From Nitrospirota bacterium (lineage in GTDB: Bacteria; Nitrospirota; Thermodesulfovibrionia; Thermodesulfovibrionales; Dissulfurispiraceae): a stretch of 64,000 bases of DNA. The notes under the pieces are model-generated. The model ran no database searches and was not told where the DNA came from. It was given only the letters and a program-made list of their open reading frames with translations. The position numbers were made by a program, and so were the translations under genes. Shown in pieces: positions 60,043 through 64,000 of the stretch (its first letter is position 1; each line of letters starts with the position of its first letter). Where the stretch lies: assembly GCA_963790025.1 (NCBI GenBank), contig CAWBMP010000004.1, forward strand, positions 480,001 to 544,000. The letters run 5' to 3'.

Positions 60043-62190
60043 CTAAAAGCCCTTGAAAGGATTAGGGCCTATTTCTTTAACTCTGTCTACAAAGTCGCCT
60101 ATTACTTTCGTGATCTTATCATATTCGTCAATGGCGAGTTGTACCATCCCCACGCGCTCGGATTCGAGCTGCAGCCTGCCGAGTGTTTCCTGTACCTTGC
60201 CGAGCCGGTAATCTGCGAGTTCGCTGCCCTTTGCAAAGTGGCATTGGTAATTATCTCCGAACTTGCAGCCCAGCAGGAGCATACCATCCACTCCCCTTGA
60301 GAGGGCATCTGCGATCCAAACCAGGTTTGTAGAGCCAAGACACCTGAGCTGTATGATCCTCACCGCCGGGTCAATCTTCATATGCTTTAATGCCGCAGTG
60401 TCAATGGCGGGATATGCGTCATTTTCACAGGCAAGAACAATGATCCTCGGCTTGTCGTCTTCGGACGGCACGGATACGTTCTTCATCATGGAGCCGATCA
60501 TATCGACATGATAATCCTTGAACGAAATAATCCTCTCCGGGCATGCCCCCATGCAGGTTGCGCATCTTCTGCAGCGCCCCGGCTTGAAGAAGGGAGTCCC
60601 CTTCTCGTCCTCGTCAATGGCCCCGAACGGGCATTCTTCCGTGCACCGCTTGCAGGACGTACACCGCTGCATCAAGGGGTCGGGCCACGTTATGTCCCAT
60701 GCCCTCGGATGCACCGCCATGCCTTGGGCAACATGCTCCGCAGACTGTATCGCCTTGAGGGCCGCGCCGGTCGCGTCTTCCTGCGCCTCAGACATACTCA
60801 TGGGCTGGCGCACGCATCCTGCGGCGTATATTCCCGTCCTCCTGGTTTCGTACTGGAAACAAATAAAATTGGAATCAGCGAACCCGTCATATAATTCAAG
60901 ATCAGGCAAACCCGGTCCCTGCCGGTACTGAAGATTCAAGACCGGGTCGTCTACGGTTGCAGGGACAATGCCGGTCGCAAGGACTACGAGGTCCGCCTCT
61001 ACCTTCACTTTATCGCCAAGGAGGCTGCCTTCCATTTCCACGTACAGGTTCCCGTTCCCCGCCTCGGACACGCCGGTTACGTCGCCTTTCGTCATCATAA
61101 CACCAGGGTCATTCTGCGCAGCCTTGTAATAGTATTCGAGATTACCGGGCGTCCTGATGTCCTTGTAGAGGATCATTGCGGTTGCATCCGGGTCCTGCCG
61201 GACATATTTCGCCTGTTTCAGAGAAGTCGTACAACACATCGCCGAGCAGTAAGGCAAGTGATTCGGGTCTCTCTGGCCCGCGCACTGTATAAAGGCGACC
61301 TTCTTGGCCTCTTTACCGTCTGAAGGCCTCGCAATCTTTCCTTTTCTTGCAATTTCTTCAAACTCAATATTGGTTACAACATCTTTTGATTTTCCATAGC
61401 CCAGGTGCTCAAGCTTGTTTGCATCATAAGGTCTCCACCCGGCAGCCATGATAACAGCACCGATCTTCACCACCTCGGAATTTCCATTGGATGTAATAGT
61501 CACATCGAATTGGCCTGGCTGTCCTTCTATCTTCTCCACCTTTGAGGACTTGAATACCTTTATATTGGCATTGCCTTCGGCCTCTTTGATTGTTTTGTCT
61601 ATGTCGGTATCTACAATCAGCGGCCCCGTAAACTCACCCTCTGATGCCGGGACTTTCTTAAAGAGTTTGTTGGCGAATCCGCCCAGCCGGTCTTCCTTCT
61701 CGACCAGCACCACCTGATAGCCCGCCTTCGCAGATTTCAGGGCAGCAGTCATACCCGAAATACCGCCGCCTATAACGAGAATGGTTTTCACCGTTTCCAT
61801 CATATAAGGTTCAGGGAGATCGCCTTTCTGCGCCTTGATAACACCCATTTTAATATAGTCTTCTGCCGCCATCTGGGCCTCTTCGGTTTTTGGTTCCTGT
61901 GTCCAGACAGCCAACTCCCTGAGGGATATCCTTTCGACCAGGCAGCCGGGAAAATCGAATTCCTCATACTTGACACGACCGGAGCATGCTGCAAGCACTA
62001 CAGTGTTGACCGCAGCACTTTTAATGTCTTCCTTGATGAGTTCCAGACCTTCTTTGCCGCAAAGGGCGAAGTGGGACCTGACAACCGGGACCTTTAAGGA
62101 GTTAGTAGCAATATTGATCGACTTTTCGACATCTATGGAGTCTCCAATGGAGCACCCCGTACATATATATAGTCCTATATTTTTATCCAT
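60043..62190 (-). CDS. qmoB: QmoB (HdrA-like plus MvhD domain)
   Basis: GGGISG, QCAGQRD..HLPYCS..CC, 4Fe-4S motifs, C-terminal ACENDAYP...CLG...GC......CHF. Confidence 0.95.
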   Translation of the reverse strand: MDKNIGLYICTGCSIGDSIDVEKSINIATNSLKVPVVRSHFALCGKEGLELIKEDIKSAAVNTVVLAACSGRVKYEEFDFPGCLVERISLRELAVWTQEPKTEEAQMAAEDYIKMGVIKAQKGDLPEPYMMETVKTILVIGGGISGMTAALKSAKAGYQVVLVEKEDRLGGFANKLFKKVPASEGEFTGPLIVDTDIDKTIKEAEGNANIKVFKSSKVEKIEGQPGQFDVTITSNGNSEVVKIGAVIMAAGWRPYDANKLEHLGYGKSKDVVTNIEFEEIARKGKIARPSDGKEAKKVAFIQCAGQRDPNHLPYCSAMCCTTSLKQAKYVRQDPDATAMILYKDIRTPGNLEYYYKAAQNDPGVMMTKGDVTGVSEAGNGNLYVEMEGSLLGDKVKVEADLVVLATGIVPATVDDPVLNLQYRQGPGLPDLELYDGFADSNFICFQYETRRTGIYAAGCVRQPMSMSEAQEDATGAALKAIQSAEHVAQGMAVHPRAWDITWPDPLMQRCTSCKRCTEECPFGAIDEDEKGTPFFKPGRCRRCATCMGACPERIISFKDYHVDMIGSMMKNVSVPSEDDKPRIIVLACENDAYPAIDTAALKHMKIDPAVRIIQLRCLGSTNLVWIADALSRGVDGMLLLGCKFGDNYQCHFAKGSELADYRLGKVQETLGRLQLESERVGMVQLAIDEYDKITKVIGDFVDRVKEIGPNPFKGF

Positions 62191-62197
62191 CGTTCGA

Positions 62198-63457
62198 TTA
62201 CCTCCCCTGTCCTGTCGTAATTGCCTTCAGGACTGCGCTTGTTGCATCCTGTGCCGAGCGGGCAACATCCATGGGGTTCCTGCTGCAACCGGCAGCATGC
62301 ACTCCCTGGTCCGACAGTGCAAAACCATCGACAGTATACTTCATCCCGTCAATCTTCCCGGCAGCCCCTGCCGGCTGCATGCCGGTGGCAAGGACCACCA
62401 TATCAGCCCTCACCTTCACCTTATTGCCGGTCTGCATATCTTCAGCCTCGACAATCACATCGTCGGAGCCTTCGGCCTGAATTATTTTTGCAACCTTCCC
62501 CTTTGTAAAGGAAACATTGGGGTCCTCTTTTACTTTCATGTAGAATTTCTCGTATTTGCCGGGGGTCCTGATATCGATATAGAAAATATGGGCCTTCGAT
62601 TCAGGGTTCTGCTCCCGTATATAAGTGGTTTGCTTCAGCGAGGCAAGACAGCATATATAAGAACAGAACGGCAAGTGGTTCTCATCCCTGCTGCCCGCGC
62701 ACTGCACAAACACGATGTTTTCGACAGGCTTGCCGTCGGAAGGCCTTATTATCTTTCCGCCTGTAGGCCCGGTCGGAGATGCCAGCCGCTCCATCATCAT
62801 ATTAGTAATGACATTTTTAACAGTCCCGAAACTCAGCGTATCTATTTTATTTGCATCGTAAGGGTCCCAACCTGTGGCGACCACAATGGAATTTACCTTG
62901 AGTGTGATCGTTTCCTGCTTCATCCCCAGGTCTATTGCATCATACTTGCATGCTTTCTGACATGCCTTCCCGCAATCGCTGCCGCAGTGGGCGCTATCGA
63001 TTACATATTTTTGGGGGAATGCCTGGTTGAATGGAAGGTAAGCAGCTTTTGTCTTGTCCATGCCGAAATTATACTCATTGGGCCTCTCTGACGGACATGC
63101 TTCAGCACATGCGTTGCATGCAACACAATTATCGTTTACATAACGTGGTGCAAGTTTCACCGTCACGGTATAATCACCGGGGCCGCCGGTTATTTTTTCA
63201 ACTTCTGCCATTGTGAAGAAACTGATCCGCGGGTTTGTCTTGAGTCTCTTGAAGTTAAGCTCAAGTCCGCAGATGGGAGGGCAAAGTTTTGGGAAATATT
63301 TATTAAGCTGTGCGACTCTTCCGCCTAAGTATGGGTTTCTTTCTACCACTATCACTTCGGCGTCTGTTTCCGCAGCATCCACCGCAGTGGTAATGCCGCT
63401 GAAACCTCCGCCAATCACTAATATGCGATTGGGCTGTTTATTGCTTTGATCTGGCAT
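62198..63457 (-). CDS. qmoA: QmoA (HdrA-like flavoprotein)
   Basis: GGGFSG, KYFPKLCPP.CG, QCAGSRD..HLPFCS.ICC; AGGAGGAG RBS before ATG 63457. Confidence 0.95.
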   Translation of the reverse strand: MPDQSNKQPNRILVIGGGFSGITTAVDAAETDAEVIVVERNPYLGGRVAQLNKYFPKLCPPICGLELNFKRLKTNPRISFFTMAEVEKITGGPGDYTVTVKLAPRYVNDNCVACNACAEACPSERPNEYNFGMDKTKAAYLPFNQAFPQKYVIDSAHCGSDCGKACQKACKYDAIDLGMKQETITLKVNSIVVATGWDPYDANKIDTLSFGTVKNVITNMMMERLASPTGPTGGKIIRPSDGKPVENIVFVQCAGSRDENHLPFCSYICCLASLKQTTYIREQNPESKAHIFYIDIRTPGKYEKFYMKVKEDPNVSFTKGKVAKIIQAEGSDDVIVEAEDMQTGNKVKVRADMVVLATGMQPAGAAGKIDGMKYTVDGFALSDQGVHAAGCSRNPMDVARSAQDATSAVLKAITTGQGR

Positions 63458-63477
63458 ACCGCTCCTCCTTATTGATT

Positions 63478-63563
63478 GTAATGCATGATCAGTGATGGGC
63501 AATAAACCACAGGCTGCAGGCTATTGGTCCTCGTATTTATTACACATTACTCATAACGCATAA
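63478..63563. repeat. Degenerate 7-mer tandem array with an inverted partner array
   Basis: GTAATGC ATGATCA GTGATGG GCAATAA versus TTATTAC ACATTAC TCATAAC GCATAA. Confidence 0.55.
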
Positions 63564-63570
63564 AATTAAA

Positions 63571-63594
63571 GGGAGGGGCGTTGCCGCCCCTCCC
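63571..63594 (-). terminator. GC-rich hairpin after aprA
   Basis: GGGAGGGGCG-TTGC-CGCCCCTCCC followed by TTTAATTTT on the minus strand. Confidence 0.7.
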
Positions 63595-63603
63595 AAAGAA
63601 CAA

Positions 63604-64000
63604 TTATGGGAACATCTCTACATAAGGAACTTTTCTAAATTGCCATGTCTGCTTATCTTGATCGTAATTTGAATTGACGAAGCACTTCCAATCCTTGTCA
63701 TTGATGGCAAGGAAGTCGCCTCTGTAGTAGTATCCGGGATACCTTGATTCTTCCCTGAAGAGGATGTGGCGTGCATGGGCCTCAACAGAAAGAATTCTGT
63801 GGTAGTTCTCCCAGCATCTCATAAGCTCGTGGAGGTTGGCTGCGCCCATCTTCATCGCATCTTCCTTGAGAAGTGCGAGCTGTTTCAAACCCTCGTCCAG
63901 CATGGTTTTTGAGGTCATATACCAGGTGGAAATACCGCCAAAGTATTCGTCAGCGATCTTCTGCATCCTTGCCTGCAGCATTTTCGGCTTAATGTAGTAC
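63604..64000 (-). CDS. aprA: Adenylylsulfate reductase alpha subunit, C-terminal part (starts beyond the right edge)
   Basis: RMQKIADEY.GG, LHELMRCWEN.HR, FREESRYPGYYYR.DF, WKCFVNS; upstream of qmoABC. Confidence 0.93.
   Translation of the reverse strand, partial: YYIKPKMLQARMQKIADEYFGGISTWYMTSKTMLDEGLKQLALLKEDAMKMGAANLHELMRCWENYHRILSVEAHARHILFREESRYPGYYYRGDFLAINDKDWKCFVNSNYDQDKQTWQFRKVPYVEMFP

Overview
Bacterial chromosomal window from an organism with dissimilatory sulfur metabolism; gene content suggests a Thermodesulfovibrionia/Nitrospirota- or Desulfobacterota-like host (inference). Left third (1-20.8 kb): housekeeping genes (lon start, Hsp20, galU, tRNA-Leu, tldD, lpxC, tsaC, cysK, GT9, ModF-like ABC ATPase, tRNA nucleotidyltransferase, three-gene split glutamate synthase, tRNA-Pro). 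Middle (20.8-46 kb): accessory DNA. It includes a decayed ~14 kb island integrated at tRNA-Pro(CGG) with an att repeat and an integrase remnant, integron-cassette-like ORFs, two hybrid histidine kinases, an orphan almost basic-residue-free flagellin and a stand-alone diadenylate-cyclase-domain protein. Right end: dedA-prmC-prfA-DUF1385-rpmE, ada/ogt, and aprA-qmoABC-hppA followed by a nuoEFG-like module whose G subunit is frameshifted. The strongest signal is an intact IS110 element (31368-32832) whose boundaries, 2-nt core (TC), circle-junction promoter and both bridge-RNA guide loops can be read from the sequence. It appears programmed to hit the GGGGTCAGGC inverted repeat of a RAYT-derived miniature element, and it has inserted exactly there. 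All calls were made by eye; no database searches were run.
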